Of a stretch of DNA of 64,000 nucleotides, positions 55,898 to 64,000 are shown one piece after another. The stretch is from Deltaproteobacteria bacterium (lineage in GTDB: Bacteria > Desulfobacterota > Syntrophobacteria > BM002), in the NCBI GenBank assembly GCA_020353215.1, contig CP070692.1, positions 139 through 64,138 on the forward strand, in the 5' to 3' direction. The notes under the pieces are model-generated. The model saw only the letters and a program-made list of their open reading frames with translations, was not told the origin of the DNA and ran no database searches. The position numbers and the translations under genes were made by a program. The stretch's first letter is position 1; every line of letters begins with the position of its first letter.

Positions 55898-57040
55898 TTA
55901 TTCCACTGTCTCTTTAAGTTTCTCTATCTCCTGCGCGATAATACGCTCCACTATGGCGGGTAGACGTTCCTCAACCAAGCGAGTTACTACCGCCTCCACC
56001 TGGGCGCTCACGAGGCCTGCCAATTCTTCAGCCGCAGCCGGGGTTATTATCTCGACGGGATCGGCAATTTCGGCAGCCATAGCTTCCTGCGAGGGCGCCT
56101 CAGCCTCGACTGCCAAGTCGGCGAAGAGGTCTTCGGGGAAGTCTTGGTCAGCACTGAGATCTTCGCCCACGGGTGTTGGCTCGGCCTCAGCCTCGACCGC
56201 CAAGTCGGTAAAGAGGTCTTCGGGGATGTCTTGGTCTGCACTGAGATCTTCGCCCACGGGTGTTGGCTCGGCCTCAGCCTCGACTGCCAAGTCGGCGAAG
56301 AGGTCTTCGGGGATGTCTTGGTCAGCACTGAGACCTTCGTCCACGGGTGTTGGCTCGGCCTCAGGCTGGACCTCCAAGTCGGTAAAGAGGTCTTCAGGGA
56401 AGTCTTGGTCAACACTGAGATCTTCGTCCACGGGTGTTGGCTCGGCCTCAGGCTGGACCTCCAAGTCGGTAAAGAGGTCTTCGGGGATGTCTTGGTCAGC
56501 ACTGAGATCTTCGCCCACAGGTGTTGGCTCGGCCTCAGGCTCTGGCCGCTGTGCCTCGACGGTCTCGTCTGTGGCTTCGTCCAATAATTGCGCCACATCC
56601 ATCTCGTAAGTTGAGAAAAGCTCAGCTAGCGCTTTGTTGGTCTCGTGATCCACATCTCCTTCGGCAGTATCGCTTACCGCCTCTTCGCCTGGTTCTTTGT
56701 CTTGGGCCTCTCCTTCTTGCTCCGGCTGAACTTCTGCAGTAGATTCTTCCCAGCTCTCTTGAGGGTCTACAGACGCTCCTACGCTTGGATCTTCATCCCT
56801 CAATTCCATATCCAGATCCAGCTCATCCAGCGAGAAGTCTTTATCATCGTCCGCAGATGCTGGAGGTGTTTCTCCTATACGGGGGGAGGTATCCTCAGAG
56901 GCCGAAGACTCTTCCTCGAAGACATCCACCAGTTCAATGATTTCGTCCTCTAGTTCATCCAATTGGAGATCAAGGTCTTCGCCAGACGACGCCTGCGAAT
57001 CCTTGTCCTCCAAATCGTGGCTGTTTGATTCTTTTTCCAT
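55898..57040 (-). CDS. Highly acidic Pro/Glu/Asp-rich repeat protein with PopZ-like C-terminal helix
   Basis: 380 aa with five 29-aa repeats (PEAEPTPVGEDLSADQDIPEDLFTDLAVE). The C-terminus is LVSAQVEAVVTRLVEERLPAIVERIIAQEIEKLKETVE. Confidence 0.8.
   Translation of the reverse strand: MEKESNSHDLEDKDSQASSGEDLDLQLDELEDEIIELVDVFEEESSASEDTSPRIGETPPASADDDKDFSLDELDLDMELRDEDPSVGASVDPQESWEESTAEVQPEQEGEAQDKEPGEEAVSDTAEGDVDHETNKALAELFSTYEMDVAQLLDEATDETVEAQRPEPEAEPTPVGEDLSADQDIPEDLFTDLEVQPEAEPTPVDEDLSVDQDFPEDLFTDLEVQPEAEPTPVDEGLSADQDIPEDLFADLAVEAEAEPTPVGEDLSADQDIPEDLFTDLAVEAEAEPTPVGEDLSADQDFPEDLFADLAVEAEAPSQEAMAAEIADPVEIITPAAAEELAGLVSAQVEAVVTRLVEERLPAIVERIIAQEIEKLKETVE
56101..56535. repeat. 5 x 87-bp in-frame tandem repeat inside the acidic protein gene
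   Basis: Units begin at 56101, 56188, 56275, 56362 and 56449. Identity is roughly 90 % by eye. Two sub-variants are visible at the unit 5' end (CAGCCTCGAC.GCC vs CAGGCTGGACCTCC). Confidence 0.9.
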
Positions 57041-57493
57041 CGCTACAAGTTACAAGTTAGTTAGAAATCTTAATCAGTTATAGAGTTAAATTAGCAATAG
57101 CATAACGCCTCAGCCGCTGTCAAGCGATTTTAACCTTCAGTGTATACCGGTTAATTCCGTTTACAAACCACTCCCCATTCGTTAAACTCGAAACTCGGCG
57201 CGGGACCTTGCAGTGGTCCGAACCGGTAAGAACCATATACCGGTATTCCAAGAATTCGTGGAATCTTCGTTACAAGATGAGTGGTTCGAGTGTGCAACAG
57301 TGAGTGGAAGTGGAGCGATTTATCATGTGGAGTAAGGGAACAAGGGGACCATCAGGACAGTATCGGGATTTCAGTCTCTGGTCGTTACCAGAATGTATCA
57401 TCTTTCCGGAGCTGCGTAGACAATCCGTAGGGAGATTGCCATCAAGCTTCGCCCCCCCCTCTCCCGAATCCCATTCTAGGTCTTTAAGTAGCC

Positions 57494-58573
57494 ATGCGGG
57501 TCATTAGCCGCTACATCAGTCGAGAACTCACCAAGATCATTGCCATCTGCCTCGGGGCATTCGCCGCAATATATCTAGTGATCGACTTTTTCGAAAAAAT
57601 AGATGATTTCCTCGAGGCTCGCGTTCCCATTTTCCTGGCACTGCAATACTTCGTTCTGAAGATCCCTCTGATTATACAGCAGGGTGTCCCTATGGCTGTT
57701 CTTATGGGTACCCTCATCACCCTCGGTCTGAGTGCTCGCAACAATGAGCTTACCGCTTTGAAGGCTAGTGGTGTAAGTCCTATCCTTTTTGCCGGGCCAA
57801 TCGTTATGGTTGCGTTAATGCTGAGCCTAATGGACTTCGTAATGTCCGAATATGTGGTGCCACTTACCAGCGGTCAAGCGAATCATATTTGGAAGAGCGA
57901 GGTCAAGCATCGTTCCAGCCCAGGGGGATTCACCCAAGAAAGTTTATGGTACAAAAGTGGACGGGTGCTCTACAATATTCGCGTGTTCCACCCGAAACGC
58001 AAAATGTTGGAGGGAGTTACCATTTACTTCTTTGACAGCACGTTCGGTCTGGTAAAGAGGCTTGACGCCCGGAGAGGAGAATGGGATGGCGAGGCGTGGG
58101 TCTTGACTGACGGCATCCTTCTCCAGCGCGGCACTGAGGGAAACTTCACCATGGTGCGTTTTCAACGCCGACGCCTGGAACTGGAAGAACGCCCTGAGAA
58201 CTTCCAGCACCTTGAGAGAGCGCCTGAAGAGATGACGGTTGCTGAACTCGGACGTTATGTAGATAAGATCCAAAGCGAAGGATACAACGCCACTCGCTAT
58301 CGGGTTGATTTTCACGCCAAGATCGCCTTCCCTTTCATTTCGGTCATCATGGCGCTGTTGGGCATCGGTGTCGCGCTCTATCAGGGAAAACGGGGTGGTA
58401 TTGCTGTGGGTGTGGCTGCGAGCGTTGCTTTGGCCTTTGTTTATATCCTGGTCTTTCAACTCGTACTGTCGCTTGGCTATGCCGGTAGACTCCAACCCAT
58501 TCTAGCCGCCTGGGCATCCAACATCTTTTTTGGCGTAGTAGCCCTGTTTTTGTTAGCACATGCAAGGCATTGA
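57494..58573 (+). CDS. LptF/LptG-family LPS export permease (YjgP/YjgQ)
   Basis: MRVISRYISRELTKI..., six TM helices with a large periplasmic loop. No partner lptF/G is adjacent. Confidence 0.85.
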   Translation: MRVISRYISRELTKIIAICLGAFAAIYLVIDFFEKIDDFLEARVPIFLALQYFVLKIPLIIQQGVPMAVLMGTLITLGLSARNNELTALKASGVSPILFAGPIVMVALMLSLMDFVMSEYVVPLTSGQANHIWKSEVKHRSSPGGFTQESLWYKSGRVLYNIRVFHPKRKMLEGVTIYFFDSTFGLVKRLDARRGEWDGEAWVLTDGILLQRGTEGNFTMVRFQRRRLELEERPENFQHLERAPEEMTVAELGRYVDKIQSEGYNATRYRVDFHAKIAFPFISVIMALLGIGVALYQGKRGGIAVGVAASVALAFVYILVFQLVLSLGYAGRLQPILAAWASNIFFGVVALFLLAHARH

Positions 58574-58712
58574 TTGAGCTTGGGTGGGTCGCGGTCGGGA
58601 GGAAGTAGGGTTGTTACTTTTGGCCGTGGATAGTCTCGCTCCCCGTGTCGGACGAGAGTCGGTGGCCGCTCTGCTCCTCGGCGCGGAAGAAGGAGAGGAG
58701 GTAATCCCCCGT

Positions 58713-59093
58713 TCAGGAGGCAATACTTGCTTCCAGGGCCATTTTGATTTTCTTTTTCAGTTCAGTTAAATCAAATGATTTTACCACGTAAAAGTCAGCT
58801 GCAATGGACTTCATATCCTCCTTGAAGGTGTCGTAAGCAGTGGAGAGAATAACAGGCAAGTCGTAGAATTGGTTGCGGATATCCTGCAGCAAATCCAGAC
58901 CGTCATAGTCCACCATTTTGATATCCAGAACCACTAGATCCGGCTTTTCGTTCTCAATCCGTTCCAATAATTTATACCCGCCTTCTGCAGTACTGACGTC
59001 GTAGCCCTCTTCCTTGAGTTCCTCAGAGTAGAGCAGTCGGATGTGCTCTTCGTCGTCCACGACCATTATTTTCGCCATTATCTTTCCCTCCAA
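58713..59093 (-). CDS. Single-domain response regulator (CheY-like)
   Basis: IMVVDDEEH...DLVVLDIKM...ILSTAY...K are the REC hallmarks. Confidence 0.88.
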   Translation of the reverse strand: MEGKIMAKIMVVDDEEHIRLLYSEELKEEGYDVSTAEGGYKLLERIENEKPDLVVLDIKMVDYDGLDLLQDIRNQFYDLPVILSTAYDTFKEDMKSIAADFYVVKSFDLTELKKKIKMALEASIAS

Positions 59094-59132
59094 ACCGGAA
59101 GAGCTAGTGCAGTGAAGCTCCGCAAGAACAAC

Positions 59133-60398
59133 CTAACTGAGATTTCCCCATTTACCAAGCAGGTACGGTTTTGTTTCTTCGAAAATCATGCACTCGTTTT
59201 CAATGTATTCCTCTGCTTGCTGTATGGACATCCTTTCCGTTTTCTTGACAAAGGACAAGGTCTTTCCCAAAAATAGGGGGAGGAGCGACTTCAGCAGTTC
59301 CTGGCGATCCGCCACCTCTTTTTTGTAAGCTACCGAGTAAGTGAAAAGAATTCGAGCCCAGAGTTCTGAAGGAAAGCTGAAATGGGCCATGGGAAGTTCC
59401 CTAATTTCGCCGAGCTTGTTGTAAATGTTGTTCTCCAGAACGGTTTCCCATAATTGCTGATATCGGTCAAAGCATTGGACAAAGCCTTGATGGAGTTCAT
59501 CCTCCGATACCTCGATGGGCGCCGGTGTCTCCACCTCACCGACTCCAAAACCATAAATCGCGGTGGGTTTACTCCATTTCACTCGGCCCCAAAAGTCCTG
59601 AAAGAGCATCATCAGGTCCAAAAGGGTGCCCACAGTGTGAGTGAAAGCTGGCTCCGGAGGAACAAAAGGCCCGTCATTCTGATGGTTCTTTGGTCGACCG
59701 ACGAAAGACTGGCAGATAGGAATACCCTGATAGATAGCCAGAGTAGTCATCCAGATATCCACGCCGCACTGGGCCACCGTGTCATTCCAGGTGGGATGAG
59801 TGAGGTAAGTCTCTGCCAGGTTGGCAGCGAAGGCGCAATCCCCCCCGATTGGTTGGCGAACGCGGCGTCCGTAAAGCGCTCGAGTAAGCGGATATACGAT
59901 ACTATTGCCCACTGCACCTTCGTACTTGTGTTGTAGGTATAGGGGTGCAACAAAGCCAAAGCCTGCAAAAATGGGTTCGCCTAGGTTCTTGATCCACAAA
60001 GGTGTAATTCCGTTAAGATCGCCGCTGACAACAATTACGGCCTGGGCTTGGAGTTCGACAGCCTTGGCGATGAGGTTCTTTAGATTATAACCCCGGCCTA
60101 CGATCCCAGGCGGTGTCGACAAGTATACTTTGGGAACCTCACTGGTTGTCTGGAGGAAAACTTCTTTGGTTCCGTCCTCTGAGTGGTTGTCGCAGTTTAT
60201 GATCACCGAGTTCCTGCCACCAAAATGGTCCAAAAGCCCTTTGGCAGCCTGCGCCGTTGAGTGACCGATGTTTTTCGCCTCGTTGTGAGAAGGTATTCCC
60301 ACAACCAGATCAGCACGTTCTACCTTGTCAGGATTCTCTTCGTACGCGAGCATGGATGTTCCCTTCACGGCCGACGCTTTTCTGTCAAAGCGGTACAA
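59133..60398 (-). CDS. GT-A-fold glycosyltransferase (family 2-like)
   Basis: LVVGIPSHNEAKNI...IINCDNHSEDGT... is typical of GT2-like enzymes. The start is possibly at MLAYEEN (60353). Confidence 0.6.
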   Translation of the reverse strand: MYRFDRKASAVKGTSMLAYEENPDKVERADLVVGIPSHNEAKNIGHSTAQAAKGLLDHFGGRNSVIINCDNHSEDGTKEVFLQTTSEVPKVYLSTPPGIVGRGYNLKNLIAKAVELQAQAVIVVSGDLNGITPLWIKNLGEPIFAGFGFVAPLYLQHKYEGAVGNSIVYPLTRALYGRRVRQPIGGDCAFAANLAETYLTHPTWNDTVAQCGVDIWMTTLAIYQGIPICQSFVGRPKNHQNDGPFVPPEPAFTHTVGTLLDLMMLFQDFWGRVKWSKPTAIYGFGVGEVETPAPIEVSEDELHQGFVQCFDRYQQLWETVLENNIYNKLGEIRELPMAHFSFPSELWARILFTYSVAYKKEVADRQELLKSLLPLFLGKTLSFVKKTERMSIQQAEEYIENECMIFEETKPYLLGKWGNLS

Positions 60399-60504
60399 AA
60401 ATATAGTAATTCCGGATTATTGACTTGCTGGTGCTTTTAATACACCATAAAGGGGAAAAAGTAAACCGGTTTCTCTTTTCCCTTAACCATGCGGTTTTGC
60501 AGTC

Positions 60505-61320
60505 CTAGGGTGCAGATGGGGTGCGGATGGGTGCAACCTTGTCCAAGTCATCCACCTGAGCCTTATGTTCTCTGCGCAGCCAATGAGCGTATCTCCTGAG
60601 AGTGAACCCAGGGTCATGGTGCCCTAACTGATTGCTCACGTCAACTATATTATCCCCCGTTGCTACCCTAAGAGTAGCGTATGTATGGCGCAGGTCGTGA
60701 GTCCTGATTGATTTCATAGGGACCACACTGCGCAAAGCGTTTAGAGTCGGCTTGTGTTTTAAACGGTTGCCTTTTCTCATCAGCAAATACCGTGCCGGAA
60801 AGTCTCACAACCTTCTGGTTTCTCCTGAGTTCTTTCAGAGCATCTACCACCATTGGAGTAAGGTCAATCTTGCGCGGTTTCTTGTTTTTCGGAGGCACAA
60901 TTCTCTTTCGTCGGTAGTCATAGCCTTTGGTAATCTCAGCAGTGCTTGCCTCAAAGCCAATGTCAGGCCACTCCAGTGCTAGGATTTCACCTATTCTGAG
61001 TTCTGTTCTCACTGTCAACAGGAGCAGTGCACAGAGGGTTTTCGATAGTGCTAGAGGCTTGTTCCAGCAGGGTGCTCACCTCATCTGCTGTGAGAGGGTC
61101 TACGCCCTTACTGTTTTCATTTCCAGCATACTTGCCCCTTTTGGAGCACGGATTAGCCGTTACGATTTCATCCTCTATGGCACTGCCAGACATGCCACTC
61201 AGGACAGCAATAACCGTGTCAATCCGCCTTTTGGAGAGACCGGACCAATATTGCCACTGGTAAAAGAGTCTTTCTTGTCACCGGCCTCGCCCCCTTCCAC
61301 TCCTCCATGCTACCCACCTT
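60505..61320 (-). pseudogene. Tyrosine recombinase/phage integrase, disrupted by at least 2 frameshifts
   Basis: Three minus-strand fragments lie in different frames. 60987-61193 carries ...LTADEVSTLLE. 60668-61018 carries TVRTELRIGEILALEWPDI. 60505-60786 carries IRTHDLRHTYATL...LGHHDPGFTLRRYAHW. A possible start MEEWK lies at 61308. Confidence 0.75.
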
Positions 61321-61671
61321 TTGGCAAGGCTTTTGCATGGAAACATCATGCGAGGTAGTGCGCTGCTGCCTCTTTTGTATCAACCACCCTCCTTTCTCCC
61401 CCATCGGCCGACCGCCTAAACCAGGCAGGGCCAATACAGGTCGATGGGGGTTTTATTTGTGCAACTGTCGCAACTATCATTCACTGATTCTTTCCCCACA
61501 CACTGAGCATTCGTTAAATGGGTAGGAGTTTAAATCTCCTAAGTAACCCTATCCAAAAGATGAGAACAAAACCATGCCTTCTCCCGATTGTGTGCGACTC
61601 AGTCGAGAAATAGTATTAGAGTCACAAGGAGGCATAAAGGGCGCGTTTCTTCTCCTCAAACCTCCTTCTTA

Positions 61672-61719
61672 CCCCACTGACTCCCCCCTCTTCCTTCAGT
61701 CGGTGGGGTTTCTTCTTTT
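61672..61719 (+). terminator. Orphan rho-independent terminator-like hairpin
   Basis: CCCCACTGAC (61672-61681) pairs with GTCGGTGGGG (61699-61708), giving a 10-bp stem with one U:G on the + strand. TTTCTTCTTTT follows. Confidence 0.45.
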
Positions 61720-61764
61720 CCACTCCTCCATGTTGCCCATCTACCGTAGCAGGAGCAGGGGTGA

Positions 61765-62235
61765 CTAGTCTTCCAAATCAGAAAAATAGCAGCATCCAGC
61801 GTACCCAGTAAGATTATCCTTTGCCCACTCATGGAACAGTTCAGAATCAACAGCAACTTTAACTGGCACAACAACGCACCAATGATTTCCTCTGTCCACA
61901 GTGACGGCAGGTGGTGCATGTTGTTTTTCCCAAAGCCACAGACGATAGAAAACACCCCTTTTCCTGTAGAGAGCGTTATCTATTAGCTTCCCACTGCACT
62001 CGTAACCAAGTTGCACCATCTGGCAATCGGACCAGACTTTTTCAATACTCCCTACGGGCTTACAACAACAATCTTCCAACCTCCACCCCCTTCGTGCTAA
62101 AGTGAGCTCCAAGGCCAGGGTTCTCTTTTGGTACGGGTAGCCCCGGCCCGGAGCCTCGCGCCTACTGGCCGGCCTGGTCGGTAGGCGCTTCCTTTTCGTC
62201 CAGTTCTTCAGGCCTCTTCCTGTCCTATCACACAA
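61765..62235 (-). CDS. Hypothetical protein (Cys-rich, island-borne)
   Basis: It is the only long ORF in this stretch. No recognisable motif. The start is uncertain (an internal Met is possible). Confidence 0.3.
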   Translation of the reverse strand: MCDRTGRGLKNWTKRKRLPTRPASRREAPGRGYPYQKRTLALELTLARRGWRLEDCCCKPVGSIEKVWSDCQMVQLGYECSGKLIDNALYRKRGVFYRLWLWEKQHAPPAVTVDRGNHWCVVVPVKVAVDSELFHEWAKDNLTGYAGCCYFSDLED

Positions 62236-62433
62236 AGAAATCCCGGCTTTCCCACGTCGACACGTGACGGCCTTGGCCTTCTCCTGTAGTAGTATGTTTC
62301 GCAGAGCCGAAAGTGTGCATTAAGGGATGGGATCTTTACTTTGTCAGCGTTGGGACTTCAACATCACCCAACCTGCGATTGCCTTAGAAATAACCATTCT
62401 GCCCAGCCAGACCTCCAACTCCGTGTCTACCAG

Positions 62434-62538
62434 ATGCCAACTTAGTTACCAGACTGCCAACCAAGTTTGCATTCTCTAACTATTCTAGATTAAATGTATT
62501 TCGTCCACTTACACCAGAAACTGCCAACCTAGTTAGCA
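62434..62538 (+). repeat. Three 18-nt direct repeats (iteron- or arm-site-like)
   Basis: ATGCCAACTTAGTTACCA (62434-62451), CTGCCAACCAAGTTTGCA (62454-62471) and CTGCCAACCTAGTTAGCA (62521-62538). The consensus is TGCCAAC-NN-AGTT-NN-CA. Confidence 0.55.
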
Positions 62539-62973
62539 AATTTCCCAAAATGACCTGCCAGAATCCTCTGCAGCCCAGTTTGTCTAAGCACAAAAATATC
62601 TAAATATATCAACAGGTTAAATTATAAACTGAATCTATAATCCACGTCCAATCATTTGGCATGCAAGTTGCCTAATAGCAAAGTGGTGCCTAACCCCAGT
62701 TACTCAAACACAAAAGGAGGTTGCCATAAAAAAATAGAAGAATTCACACGGGAGATTGAGCTTCTTTTCATCTCGATTATTCTGGCCTCCTGGTTGGGTC
62801 TGCAAGGGATTTTTCTCAAGCAGCTGGTAACACTCTGCTATTGACACTGCTAACAGATTTCTCTTAGTCCGAATATGTATTGCATTCCCTACACTAGCGA
62901 ATACCCACAAAGCCCAATTGGTTTCCAGCTGGACTGCCTGCGATAGATTCACTGAAAGGAAGGAACACTGAAA

Positions 62974-63159
62974 ATGAAAACTGACTCTCAGGCGCAGTGT
63001 GCCAATTGTCAAGCCACCTATTCTTACGTAGAGCAAGGTAGAAGGGACTATTTTGTCTCTTGGGGATCTTACTTTCTCTGTGACATGTGCCACAGACTAG
63101 CTCTTCTGGAAGCATTGCAGCCTGATTCCAAACCGCCGTTTGAACCTGCCAAAGGATGA
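62974..63159 (+). CDS. Small CxxC...CxxC hypothetical protein (61 aa)
   Basis: CANC-x23-CDMC. A purine-rich stretch AAGGAAGGAA lies upstream of the ATG. Confidence 0.4.
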   Translation: MKTDSQAQCANCQATYSYVEQGRRDYFVSWGSYFLCDMCHRLALLEALQPDSKPPFEPAKG

Positions 63160-63225
63160 AGGAAGACTCATTAGATCATTCTGTATGGCCTTGTGGCAGC
63201 TCCTTAAAAACGCTGCCCAGAAAGG

Positions 63226-63534
63226 ATGATGAAAATGAGAAAATGGCCGAAGACGGACTCTGAAGACCTATGGTTTGTGCGCAAGTACTGCTTTGCGAAA
63301 ACATTCCCTGCAAGCGATGTACGCTGTCGCTTTGCAAAAGCAAAGATAATGGCCAAATCTTACGAAATCTCTGCAGGTAGAGGCTACTTCAAGGAAGTGG
63401 ATGGAATCTTCCTTTGTCGTTACCCTGATGAAAAGATGCCTACACACGAAGCACGCCTGACTTCAGAGCTGGACCAATGTCCTAACTCCGAAAGAAGAGA
63501 AATGATTGATGCGCTGTATGCGGGAGAAGTCTAA
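63226..63534 (+). CDS. Hypothetical protein (102 aa)
   Basis: An ORF with GAAAGGA upstream and no recognisable motif. Confidence 0.4.
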   Translation: MMKMRKWPKTDSEDLWFVRKYCFAKTFPASDVRCRFAKAKIMAKSYEISAGRGYFKEVDGIFLCRYPDEKMPTHEARLTSELDQCPNSERREMIDALYAGEV

Positions 63535-63623
63535 CTCTGATTGTATTCTGATTATTATCTTGGCTGTTGTCACTTTTTATCATCAAAAACCATGTCCGAA
63601 GTTCCCAGTGGGATAAGGAGTGA

Positions 63624-63905
63624 ATGCAAGTGAACAGAAGAAGATTCATTAGACACTTCCTTGAATGCCCTGTTACGGTGGCAACACCTCAAGGCACCAT
63701 GTCAGGACAAGCAAGAAACCTTAGTGGAGATGGCGCTCTAATCTGTTGCCAGCAGCCACTAGATCCGAGGGAGGGCATGGATTTAACTATCGAATTCTCT
63801 GATGGGTTCTCTCTGGAAGTGCCATCTGAAGTTGTGTGGTCCTATAAGACTAATTCGGAAGATGAGAAGAACTTGTACAAGATGGGTGTTCGCTTTCTCA
63901 GGTGA
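63624..63905 (+). CDS. Single-domain PilZ protein
   Basis: RRRFIRH (RxxxR) and NLSGDGA (D/NxSxxG) have PilZ spacing. AAGGAG lies at 63615-63620. The start may be GTG 63630. Confidence 0.8.
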   Translation: MQVNRRRFIRHFLECPVTVATPQGTMSGQARNLSGDGALICCQQPLDPREGMDLTIEFSDGFSLEVPSEVVWSYKTNSEDEKNLYKMGVRFLR

Positions 63906-64000
63906 AAGCAATGAGGCGAGCAGTCCAATCAGAGAATTCATCCTCAGGCTCTACCCTAAGTCGCGCCCGTAGCTACCAGTTCCACTCCACAAACGCCCAG

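Larger units (their letters stand above)
60400..64000. mobile_element. Probable degraded integrative island (left end; continues beyond the window)
   Basis: An integrase remnant sits at the boundary with housekeeping genes. Base composition is visibly more AT-rich. The region holds short orphan ORFs, direct repeats and orphan terminators. No flanking tRNA or att duplication was identified. Confidence 0.4.

Noticed and set aside
56101-56535. Possible CRISPR array (regular direct repeats)
   Set aside because: The units are contiguous 87-bp repeats with no unique spacers. They are in-frame coding sequence, and no cas genes are present.
55953-56609. Long ORFs on the + strand and in alternative frames (55953-56609, 56047-56598, 56144-56587) across the 87-bp repeats
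   Set aside because: They are frame and strand shadows of the tandem repeat inside the acidic protein gene. Their periodic Ser/Trp-rich sequences have no start context, and only the minus-strand 380-aa frame runs through to a sensible N- and C-terminus.
58584-58769. GC-rich 61-aa ORF, a possible fourth and inverted copy of the dispersed repeat, between lptG and the response regulator
   Set aside because: Alignment to the repeat consensus is poor, limited to short CTTC/CGC strings. The ORF has no RBS and overlaps the response-regulator 3' end.
63910-64000. ORF starting at ATG 63910 (MRRAVQSENSSSGSTLSRARSYQFH...) and running off the right edge
   Set aside because: Only 30 codons are visible and the family is unidentifiable. 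It may be real, but the window does not support a call.

Overview
This is a 64-kb chromosomal window from a diderm bacterium of about 53-55 % GC, judged by eye. It most likely belongs to a 'deltaproteobacterial' lineage (Desulfobacterota/Myxococcota-like). That placement is an inference from gene content: MglA/MglB, DivIVA+YggT, LptF/G, and BFN-MiaB-cNMP context.

I can support about 55 protein genes, one tRNA-Val(GAC), no rRNA and no CRISPR array. Most of the window is housekeeping:
- thrS-infC-rpmI-rplT-pheS-pheT, valS, mutL-miaA, miaB, recJ, mreB, panC, proC, nadC and pgsA
- a polar amino-acid ABC importer
- an ABC exporter operon ending in a hybrid response-regulator/histidine kinase
- a TolB-like lipoprotein followed by an M1+M28+PDZ fusion peptidase

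The most interesting locus is 31.8-38.8 kb. A canonical mglB-mglA polarity GTPase pair is followed in the same orientation by two unusual genes. The first encodes a 681-aa acidic protein with an Hpt-like N-terminus and a CheW-like C-terminus but no kinase core. The second encodes a TPR protein fused to a Ser/Thr-kinase fold that lacks the catalytic Asp. A convergent PATAN/DUF4388 protein carries a textbook double MshEN c-di-GMP-binding motif. I do not recognise this combination as a described MglA partner set.

Other points worth a second look:
- a strand-asymmetric, about 260-nt rod-like RNA or palindrome upstream of the TolB-like gene
- a dispersed roughly 105-127-nt intergenic repeat present three times
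- an acidic protein with 5 x 87-bp tandem repeats and a PopZ-like C-terminal helix
- an infC that must start on AUA/AUC
- an AT-rich islet encoding a tandem Trypco2-like secreted protein
- a degenerate GGDEF protein in front of an orphan mreB
- an AT-rich island at the 3' end (60.4-64 kb) with a frameshifted tyrosine integrase, iteron-like repeats, orphan terminators and a single-domain PilZ protein

All domain calls come from reading the translations by eye. No searches were run.
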